Assembly: GCF_006345805.1 (NCBI RefSeq) | Contig: NC_043015.1 | Coordinates: 15,004,001 to 15,068,000, forward strand | Source of the DNA: Octopus sinensis | Lineage: Eukaryota | Length of the DNA stretch: 64,000 bases | Direction: 5' to 3' | Shown here: piece after piece, positions 54,910 to 64,000 of the stretch | Numbering within the stretch: the first letter of the stretch is position 1 | How the letters are laid out: the number at the start of each line of letters is the position of its first letter | Notes under the pieces: generated by a model | Seen by the model: the letters and a program-made list of their open reading frames with translations, nothing else | Told to the model about the DNA's origin: nothing | Databases searched by the model: none | Position numbers and translations under genes: made by a program

Positions 54910-56300
54910 TCTGAATGTAACTTCTCTTTTAGTTAGTCTCTCCATGCCACAAGGCACATAAGGTTGCAATATGATCTCTTCAACCAGCTCCATTCTCTGC
55001 TGCTATTCTAGTCTCATTCCAGCTTGTTCACCCTTCTCATCTCATTTCCTTGCCAATGGTCTTTTGCCGTGTAGTTTTAGGGCACCCTGCTGCTCTTATC
55101 CGCTCAGGCTGTCACTTTAGCGCCACCTTACAACTGCTTTTTTGATCTTGTCTGAAGACATGTTAATCCATTTAGCTTCTCTTTTTGCTCTCTCATATAG
55201 TCTTTGCTCACTAATTTCTTTCAATTTTCTCAGACATGAGAAAATTTTAGCTTTTATGACCATCTACAAAATATTCCAACACATTGTTACTTTCTGTTTG
55301 ACTGTAATCTCACTCTGTCCTAAGTTCCAGCTTGTGACACACAGCTGATTATCTTGTTGAAACTTCCAGTGTTATAAGTCTATTTCCACCTCTGCCTTGT
55401 CATATGAGTCAACATGTATTTCTTTGATCCCTATTCATTCAAGTGTTCTTTTAGCTTCAATAATTTCCTTCTCCAGATTGACTTATATCTCTGCAACCAT
55501 CTAGCTCTTACTCTTGTGTCACTAATCACTAGTCTATTTTAAATGGCATAATCTTCACCGATTATTCACTTATTATTCACAATCAATTGCCTATTCCATT
55601 TCCTAGACAGTATAAAGTCTGTCTGGTTCACATATTCATCTAAGTAGGTGTCCAGATGGTTGACTGATTTGTGTCATCCAACCAGATTATGTCTCATTTC
55701 TTATATCACAGCCATATACAAGCACAGCAATTACAGTGTTGCTCAACGTGTTCATTAAAGCCACTGATCACGATAATGCAGTCACTATCATTCATTATTT
55801 ATGTAGTCTGTGTCAAGGACTCGCAGAAATGGTCCTTTTGTCCCTCTGGCAGTCCTGATAATGCTACATTTGCAGATGTAACTGTTGTCATGTTGTCTAT
55901 GAGTAGTCTCAGCTTATTTTTCTCAAACTTTGCCTTAATTACTTTATTAATTTCTTTGATAACAATAAACCTATTCAACCTGTTACTATTTGCCTGTGAG
56001 GAACCTCACCAAAGTTACACTGTGCATCTCTATCTACAATCTGTTCAGACTCACCTTTCACCGCATCACCACTGAAGTTTTATACCTGACAAAAAGAGGA
56101 GTGTGTATAGAGATGGATGGGTTGCTGATGTTTGCTGTCTACATCTGAAAGGAAGGGAGCTGGTGATGTGATCTGATGAGGGGTTAATGGGCTCCAACAC
56201 AAGACCAACATGTTCTGAACCACACTGCTCTGTGCAATAATAACATGCTAAGAGTTGGTCCTGTATACAATTAGGATTTTTCATTGTAATAATCTGTACA
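54910..56300 (-). mobile_element. Decayed RTE (BovB-like) LINE 3' part
   Basis: Minus strand ALKWQPERIRAAGCPKTTRQKTIGKEM...WRD matches the ALxWxP..R.RGRPKTTW..T C-terminal signature. The 5' boundary is uncertain. Confidence 0.6.
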
Positions 56301-57055
56301 CAGGCAAATTAAACAATATCTTGTAAGATTTTTATTGTACCAATGTCAGTAACAACTGTTGAGACACAAGACCAGACACTTGAGAGGACCTGCAGTTTGG
56401 ACAGTGAAATAATGGACATCAACTCTATTACACATAGAAAATATGGAGTATGTATCACAAGACATTTTATGGGACATCTAGATGTTTCAGTGATTACCCA
56501 TCATATCAACCAATATTGAACTAAAGACAGTTACTTGTTTAGCCATACAGTTGTTGACATTGCAAGTAGATGGAACAAAATAGTAATTTAATGTATCAAC
56601 AAGAAATAACTTTCTTAGAAAAGTATTGAAAATATCATCAGAGTGTGCAACTAGGGGAGAAGAAAGATGCATATTTTATATATGTCTAAAAGTTATCAGT
56701 AACAAGAGTCAAAGTAGGCAGGACCTGCTATGCTGATGGCAGGTATAGATCCAGAAACACATTTTTACAGATATTTTGTCTCCAGAAAACAGAGTCAGAA
56801 AGACTGTTTTTATTTCCAGGAGTAAGTTCATTCAGGAGAATTTTTGATTCCTTCAGATTATCTTCTCATTTCATTCACAAGATTTCCCTTTACCTTTTCT
56901 CAAAGCATCAAAGATTGTTTCAGTAAATCAAACAGTTATCTCGTATGGAACTTAGTATACTTTTCTTTGTCTTGGCTATTGCCATTCTTATTCCATTTTA
57001 GTTTTGAATATCTATATATTCATACATATATTCATACAAACAGGAGATAAAAATA

Positions 57056-57086
<31 letters not shown>

Positions 57087-57118
57087 ATATTATATATATA
57101 TATATATAGATAGATATA

Positions 57119-57934
57119 CAGGGTGCGATGGGTAAATTGTTGCCATTTTATATTTTGAATTTCTTGCATGCACAGTGTTTGTTTTTGAGTTTGTCAACCA
57201 CACAATATAGTAGGGTCAGTTGGGCACTGTCTGTGAGAAAAACACCACCATGATGCAATTCACTCTGCCAGATATTTGGAAACGACATGCTGTACTGCGT
57301 GGCATTCATGCTGGAAGCTCCAATATGAAGAGATGGTGAACATACAGAATAACTGTTGGCTTGCCATGTCTCTAAAACATGTACCAAGAGTGATAAAAAT
57401 TAAACATCCAGTCAAAATCATGGCATTTGGAGTGATCACTAGTGATGGTGATGTTATGCCTCCATTCATCTTCCCACATGGCCTCAGAATCAATACAGAG
57501 GCCTACATCAAGTGCCTGGAGATAGTGCTACCCTGGGTCAAGAGGGTGGCTGCTGGAAGACCCTATGTCTAGCAACAGGACTCTGCACCATGCCACACCA
57601 GTAGGAGAACCAGTGATGGCTGTCAGACAATTTCTGTGACCACATCATCCCTAACATTTGGTCACCTAAATCTCCACACTGCAACCCCTGAAGGCAAGGA
57701 TTATAGCAGCATTCACCAACTTAAACAAGGAGACCATCCAGAAGAGTTGCAGGAGATTCCAAAGTCGTCTGGAGTCCATGGTTTGAAGCCAATGGCGAGT
57801 TTATTGAATAAATTTATTCTTTAGTATTTTGAGATACTTGTATGTAATTTTGATAAATATATCTGTCAAAATGAGATGTTAGAGTTATTTTCATTTTTGT
57901 GTAATTTAGACGACAATATATTCACCATGCCCTG
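57119..57934 (+). mobile_element. Internally deleted maT/DD37D-like Tc1-mariner in the tetraspanin intron
   Basis: TA|cagggtgcgatgggt ... caccatgccctg|TA ends. Translation KIKHPVKIMAFGVITSDGDVMPPFIFPHGLRINTEAYIKCLEIVLPWVKRVAAGRPYV*QQDSAPCHTS. Confidence 0.85.
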
Positions 57935-58210
57935 TATATATATTTATATATATATACAGACATAAAATAGAGTTTATTTATTCACTTGAATTTAATAATT
58001 CATTCATTGCTATTCAGAATTTCTTAGTACGTGCAAGCCTAAAAGCTAAATGAAGGAAATTAGTTGGGGATTCATGCAATGAAAAGTTTGTTGGTTGCTG
58101 CTGCTGAGGATGAATATGAGTGGATACAGTAGAAATGGTCTGTCTACCTGATGCTACAACTATGAAGGAGAAAAGGTGGTTAAGTGACCAGAGTAATGAT
58201 CTATACACAA

Positions 58211-58592
58211 CTAGCAGTATCGCCCGGCGTTGCTCAGGTTTGTAAGGGAAATAACTATAAAGCATTTTTAGAGAGTTATAGCCAAAAATTAGCAAAAAAA
58301 TGGAAAAAAATGATGGTAAATTTTTTTTTTAGTTAAAAAAGGTGGAGTTGCGTCCCCTAGACAGTTTGCGGTTTGTGTTTCTGATTCTCGACCCCATGTC
58401 GAATTTATCGATTTTTTCAGAACTGGGGGAACTTTTCAAAATTTTCGGTGCGTTAGTTTTGAATTATGACATTGGGCTATGTGTGTGTCAAGTTTCATCA
58501 GAATCGGTTGAAAGCCGTGGTCAGGGTGAGGGTACAAGCAAACAGACACACAGAAACACGCACAGACAAACTGCCGTTTATATAGAGAGAGA
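58211..58592 (-). mobile_element. Non-autonomous Helitron (Lep1-like)
   Basis: On the minus strand A|TCTCTCTCTATATAAACGG ... GC-rich subterminal gcaacgccgggcgatactg CTAG|T: canonical 5' TC, 3' CTAG and AT target. Internal cagaca repeats. Confidence 0.8.
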
Positions 58593-59284
58593 TAATTACT
58601 ATGTAGTAATGTTTGGTTCATTTAGTCAAAGATCTGAGCACAGGGAGTTGAAGAGAATTGTTTGCAATCTGTATTTGAATTTTTTTTAAAGAGAAATTTG
58701 TTTATACGCCTGCACAGACGTTTTGGACATTTTGAAGCATTGAGTAAAGATGTGTTTCTCTAACAAGCCTAGTTTGCATTTATTTGATCTACATGTGTGT
58801 GTGTGTGTGTGTAAGTGCGTGTACTAATTATCTGCTAATACTAAGTGACAATATGAAAGAATAAATATAAACAAGAGCTTCAATTCAATAATTCATGAGA
58901 ATAATCTTTTCATGAAAACAATCTTCACTAACAATACTATCATTTTCCATTCACTATAGGTTTTAAAATGCAAAAATATATTAATGTTATAATTGTTTCA
59001 TGACTTTTTAACAGATATTTTGAGAACAGGAGATATTAGAAGTCATGATATGCAGGCTTTCCTGACATTATTAGGTTCCTAGGAGGTTTCAATCTTCGTT
59101 CATTTTGCTGTTTGTCACTATTAATTTTAAACTAACAGTCCATTACTTCTAAGTATTGTGTATAGATCTTCACTATTAATTCATTTTCTAAATTTTCATA
59201 GCTTCTTTTTTTTTATTGAAAAATAAGAGTAAAATTTTATGAATTTACCCCATTATTTTGGAAGAAATTTATTTAAAAATTTAC

Positions 59285-59368
59285 CTGAAAAAAGGATATT
59301 CCTAGAATGACTCCGCCAATCAATCCAAGATTGCCATTCATGAAATCAACCACTTTCCGATAGCAACC
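59285..59368 (-). CDS. TSPAN7: Tetraspanin exon: end of EC2 and first half of TM4
   Basis: 84-nt phase 0/0 exon; acceptor ttttttcccctccacttttaatag|GGT, donor CAG|gtaaat. Translates GCYRKVVDFMNGNLGLIGGVILGISFFQ and joins in frame to both neighbours. Confidence 0.95.
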
Positions 59369-59687
59369 CTATTAAAAGTGGAGGGGAAAAAAATCATAAT
59401 TATTATAATTAATACAAACAGAATTGTCAAGATGTAAATATTTTGAAAAATTGATACATGGCTCCAGTTAGTTTTGACATGGGGTTAGAGGATTGGACAA
59501 GAGGCTATCACAAACACACAGGTTTAGTACATTGATTTGGGTTAATTTAATTATGGTAAAATTCCATCTTCCTGTCCCCTAATGTAATTCTGGAAACATG
59601 TAGTTTCTATTTTTTCTCTGTTTGTTTCAGATTCGGTATCAATAATAATAATAAACAATAGTAAACTACAATATATAAATTTAACTT

Positions 59688-59753
59688 GGATCTAAGTAAT
59701 GATCTGATTAAGGATCTAAGTAATGATCTGAGTAAGGATCTAAGTAATGATCT
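59688..59753. repeat. 24-bp minisatellite, ~2.75 copies
   Basis: ggatctaagtaatgatctga(t/g)taa at 59688, 59712 and 59736. Confidence 0.95.
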
Positions 59754-60329
59754 TCATTAATTCAAATGTTACTTGCTATATGTAATCATTAGACATGTAG
59801 CTACAAGATGTTGACACTTGAAACATTATCATCATTTAACATCTTCCATGCCAGCATGGGTTGGACAACCTACAAGAGCTGGCAATGTTAGAGAACTGCA
59901 CTAGGCTCCATTGTCAGCCTTGGTATAATTTCTATGGCTGGAAGTCCTTCCTAATGCCAATCACTTTACAGAGTGATGTGTTGATATATTGCAACTGTAG
60001 AAGTTAATTTGATCATTCTTCATTTGAAAGTGCTCTTTTTACAATCTTTGAGAGAGAATTTCAATGAATTTTTTTTTTAGTTTACAAGAAGTGTTTCATT
60101 TTGCCATAACATATTATAGTATATGAACAATAGATTGTGAGCAAATAATATTTAATTTTTTTGAATTTCAATGAAAAATTAAAGCCAGTGTGCACTTGAG
60201 GTTAAAGAATTTACAGTAACTTAAACTAGGTCAACGAACATTAACAATTTAATTTTTTTTTATATTAACTTAAACATATATTTACATGAAAGAAAATTAC
60301 CAGAGAACTTTCATCTAATACTTCCAAAT

Positions 60330-61490
60330 CTTTCTGTTAAAACTGTATTGAAACCATTTGTGGAGAATTTTTTTTATCACAGCAATTGGTTGCACACCAC
60401 AAGGTTTAACAGGACCAACTGAAGCAAGCCAGTATGCTCACTGCATTGTCATGGGTGATGGTAAGGCTAAGGCATTGGGAAGGCCAAGTATCCTCATGGG
60501 CATCAACTATCACCTAAGTTAGGCAAGCTGCCAACGTTGACAAGAACTTCACAGTAAGTGGCCCAGTCTCTCTGAACATCTCAAATGCCACAGGTTGGAA
60601 GAGACAGTTCACTGTCAGGTCCCAATATTTCTGGGGGGTTTTTTCCACTTGACTATAAAAGCAATGACCCTCCCATTAACTGCAGCATCCAGGATGTGGG
60701 AAGGAGCAAATCAGTTGCAGACTGTGGTATCCCAAATGAAGCACCTACCTCTAAACCAGGGACAGAGGGTAAGACCATCTGGTCTCTTTCTATCACATCT
60801 GGATAATCCCAATGGTTTCAGAACTGAGGAAATATTAATCCGAGCTAGGGCCTGCTTAATGATTAGGTTTAGCTTGGTGTGATGAGCAAAGAGACCAGCA
60901 TTTAGACAGACTGTGAAGACCTGTTGGGTTGAGAGGCCTACCACAGCAGCATCTCAGTCCTCTATAGATGTCAGCTCTCACTCTGAGTGTGATGGAGATG
61001 CAGAGTTTGTCTAAACTGAGTAGACCTCCAATGTTGGCTACAGGCAGGGCATCAATCCAGTCCCCTGAGAATTTTGCACCAGCAGAAAATAGGCGACACC
61101 TTGAAAATTGATCAGAGTGATCAAGGAGAGAGTTGAAAGTGGTACCTGAATGCAGATTGTCAAATACTCTCTTTTTCCGTCTATTCTCCACTGCAACCAG
61201 AACTGACAAATCCAGCTCTCTCCACTGTGATAAAGCTTCATCCATCTCCCTGTTGGAATTAGTCCATGTTGGAGAGGATGTTGCCTACCAAATAGGAGCA
61301 AGTGTGGATGGAGGAAAGAAAACAGGGAAGAGATGAAAATGAACACTTGTGCAAGCCTAGACCCCCAAACTGTTTGGGTGGAGCAGCTTGGTCACTGGAG
61401 TCTGGGGAGCGTTTGATATTGACCAACCATTTGAGTTTCCTGAAGATTAAGTCATCAAAGTATTGGAGAGACATCAGGAATCTATAAGAG
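60330..61490 (-). mobile_element. CRE-clade non-LTR retrotransposon 3' fragment in the tetraspanin intron
   Basis: FGGLGL, FSGDWIDALP, GLHSLSKC..H..LNLIIKQAL, KRPDGLTLCPWFRGRCFIWDTT and NAVSILAC: the CRE-type zinc finger and RLE region. Confidence 0.85.
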
Positions 61491-61918
61491 GGACTAACTC
61501 TCAGAAATACAATAGCTTAGGAATTGACAAGTAATTCCTAAGTATAAATAAACCTTGGTGGGGCTCAATTACTTCAAGGTTAGCCATTTTAAATCTAAAG
61601 ACAGACTCAAAGTCAAAAGTAATGCTTATTTAGTCAAATTGTTTTGAATTAATCAGGCATTATCTTGTGGCTTTGAGATTTTGATGAGGTAACTTAAGTT
61701 TTAAAATAATATTGTAGGACTGGTGTGGGAGTTCACATCTGACCAGTTTGGACATTAAGCAGGTAGAATATTTTGGCTGGCTATGGCCAGTTTAAATGCT
61801 AAAGGGTTAATCATATAATATTGCTTTAGGATGTCAAGAATAACTAATTATATATAAACCAGTCAAAACTTGTTGCTAAATTATTTTAAAATATTGAAAA
61901 GGAAAAAGTTGCAGATAC

Positions 61919-62071
61919 CTGCTGAAATATGTCACTCGAGTTATCACGTGGTATCCGATTATCACATTTATCATGGTTACGACAGCAGCTTTTTGGCACG
62001 GTATCAGGGTTTGCTTGGCTCCATTTTGTTTTTAGCCAGTCTTCATAACTATTAATACCACAGCAGTCCAG
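61919..62071 (-). CDS. TSPAN7: Tetraspanin (TSPAN6/7-like) exon encoding the large extracellular loop
   Basis: 153-nt phase 0/0 exon; acceptor ttttttgcttctctttag|CTG, donor CAG|gtatct. Translates LDCCGINSYEDWLKTKWSQANPDTVPKSCCRNHDKCDNRIPRDNSSDIFQQ with the CCG and PxSCC tetraspanin motifs. The family call is secure; the orthologue name is a best guess. Confidence 0.95.
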
Positions 62072-62219
62072 CTAAAGAGAAGCAAAAAATAAACAGGCCT
62101 CAAGTTAACAATTTTAATGATGTAGTAAAATAGAAGACAAAACTGAAAATTACTTTATTTTTTTAAAAATATTTTTATATTAGTTTAGATTATACATATA
62201 TGTGTGTGTGTGTGTATGT

Positions 62220-62412
62220 GACCACGTGTGTTCCGTTGGCGATTTTTTTCCTCCGTCTTCCCTTCTCTGGATCTTTCCTCTTCCTATGTTTCTGATGAAG
62301 TGCTCCGCTCGAAACGTAAAACCCTCCTTCTTCCCTTCCTGCTTGAGCATCCAATAATACTATATTTGTTCCACGTCCTCGCATTGTTGTGTTTTCATGT
62401 TTGGATTAACTT

Positions 62413-62415
<3 letters not shown>
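62220..62415 (+). mobile_element. Penelope-type pseudo-LTR / retrozyme-like fragment between microsatellites
   Basis: CpG-rich ~200-bp unit with a hammerhead core. Its 3' half is related to the minus-strand fragments at 33607-33703 and 49229-49345. Confidence 0.6.
62288..62322 (+). ncRNA. Minimal type I hammerhead ribozyme motif (stem II mismatch; may be inactive)
   Basis: GTTT-CTGATGA-A-GtGC(tcc)GCtC-GAAA-CGTA^AAAC: stem I GTTT/AAAC, both core motifs intact, palindromic ACGT stem III. Confidence 0.6.
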
Positions 62416-62443
<28 letters not shown>

Positions 62444-62619
62444 TAAAGAGCCAGTCATCACCAAAAAACGAATATGGCTTCGTAACATGTACCATGTTTT
62501 TGCTAATTGTTTTAGGTGTTTATGTAGTTGTGCACTGACATAGACATCCTCTCATTTGTTCCATCCTTTTACTCATCAACACATACAGAATGAGATAGCC
62601 AGAGGGAGGGAGGGAGGGG

Positions 62620-62657
<38 letters not shown>

Positions 62658-64000
62658 AGAACTGCATTACCACATGGCTGGTATTTATTTTCAGCTGAGT
62701 AAACTAGAGCAAGATGAAAGAAGTGTCTTGCTCACAGACATAATGCGGCACCAGGTCTAAGAATTGAACATTATGATTGTGATCCAAACACCCTAACCAC
62801 TAGGCCATGTTCACTGTCTTCATTTTACATTTAATTTCCTATGTAGACATGGGTCTGATGAGTTGACACTCTGAATCAATTCTTATTCAGAGTTCCTGCA
62901 AGTGTGCATGCATTTATGTATGCATGCAGATGTATAAGTAATCTTATAGACTCCAGGGATTACTTCAAACCTGGTACTTATTTTTACCAGTCTATATTTA
63001 TTGTAAGGTTAACTTACTTTTGACACAACACTGGCTCTCACATCAATAAGCATAAATGCAGACACACATACACACATGTATGCGCATTTGTATGTCTTCC
63101 TTTACCTTTACTAATATAAGAAACAATATCTTATCAAAAATATAATTTAGCTATTCAATAAATATAAGTAGGTATCTATCTTAATAATACTAAAGTTCTA
63201 GGGATGTTTGTGTGTACCTGAAATATCTCAGAAATAGTACATTTTATCTTTTTTTGCATATTTATTTTCATACTTACCTTTGGCAGTGCAGTACAAATTT
63301 TTGTGACATTTAGAACTATATTTATTAATGAAAACAAGTCAACACAATTTTTGTGTTTACTCATAACGTCAACACATACACATATACAGAATACACACAC
63401 ATATAATGAATGTCATGGCAAGTTAATCAACACAAACACATCTGTTATTTGTGACATATACACACACATAACCTTCATGCTAAGTAAAAAAAAATGTTGA
63501 CTTCTTAATGTACACAATCCTTTAGAAATATTTTGAACTGAATGTGATTTCAAAAATGTAAGTTGTTTGTACAGTAAGTATTTATATTTTAGCTTTCTTT
63601 AAACAGACAATATTTTAATGTTCTTTTTTAATTATTTTTCAAGTCATTAATTTCCACAAAATGTTTTTATTTATTTACTTTTATTTCAAAGTGAAAGAGA
63701 GGAGAAAGTGAAAGATATATGTATGTGTATACGAAATGGATATGTGTGTGTAAGAGAGAGAGAGAGTGAAAGGGTCTGTTGTCATGTATATGTACATACA
63801 TCAATACATGTGTGTACATCTTTTTTGTATGTACGTGTTCATGTGTGTGAGTGCATGTGTGGGAGTGATTGAATGTGTGTGTGTTCTCATGTATGTGTAA
63901 GCAGTATTCTCCCTCTCACACACACACATAAACGTCCATTTCATACACCTGTTCATACATTTTTCATGTTCCCCTCTCTTTCACTTTAAAACAAAAGCAA

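Noticed and set aside
63275-63315. Strong minus-strand donor AAG|gtaagt upstream of the tetraspanin exons
   Set aside because: The nearest acceptor gives 38 nt (VLNVTKICTALPK) with no tetraspanin similarity and a frame-disrupting length.

Overview
AT-rich, microsatellite-dense metazoan DNA. The SINE and LINE families are of the kind I associate with Octopus (coleoid cephalopod); this is inferred from pattern recognition, not a database search. One protein-coding gene is clear: the last three coding exons of a minus-strand tetraspanin of TSPAN6/7 type (61919-62071, 59285-59368, 53808-53879). Their splice sites and phases are consistent, and the upstream exons lie beyond the window. A weaker terminal-exon candidate lies at 1170-1285 (-). 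The rest is mostly transposon-derived: tRNA-derived SINEs, RTE, R4/Dong-like, CRE and L2/CR1 LINE fragments, a mellifera-type mariner abutting a Tc1, two maT/DD37D-like copies, non-autonomous Helitrons, and Penelope-type pLTR fragments, one with a hammerhead ribozyme core. The most unusual structures are a ~130-bp-arm fold-back palindrome (29812-30081), a cluster of hairpins (46076-47156), and an apparently identical ~0.92-kb tandem duplication bounded by (AAT)n arrays (35617-37478). There is no CRISPR array, rRNA or true tRNA gene. Coordinates of decayed repeats are approximate; exon and hairpin coordinates were counted by hand.
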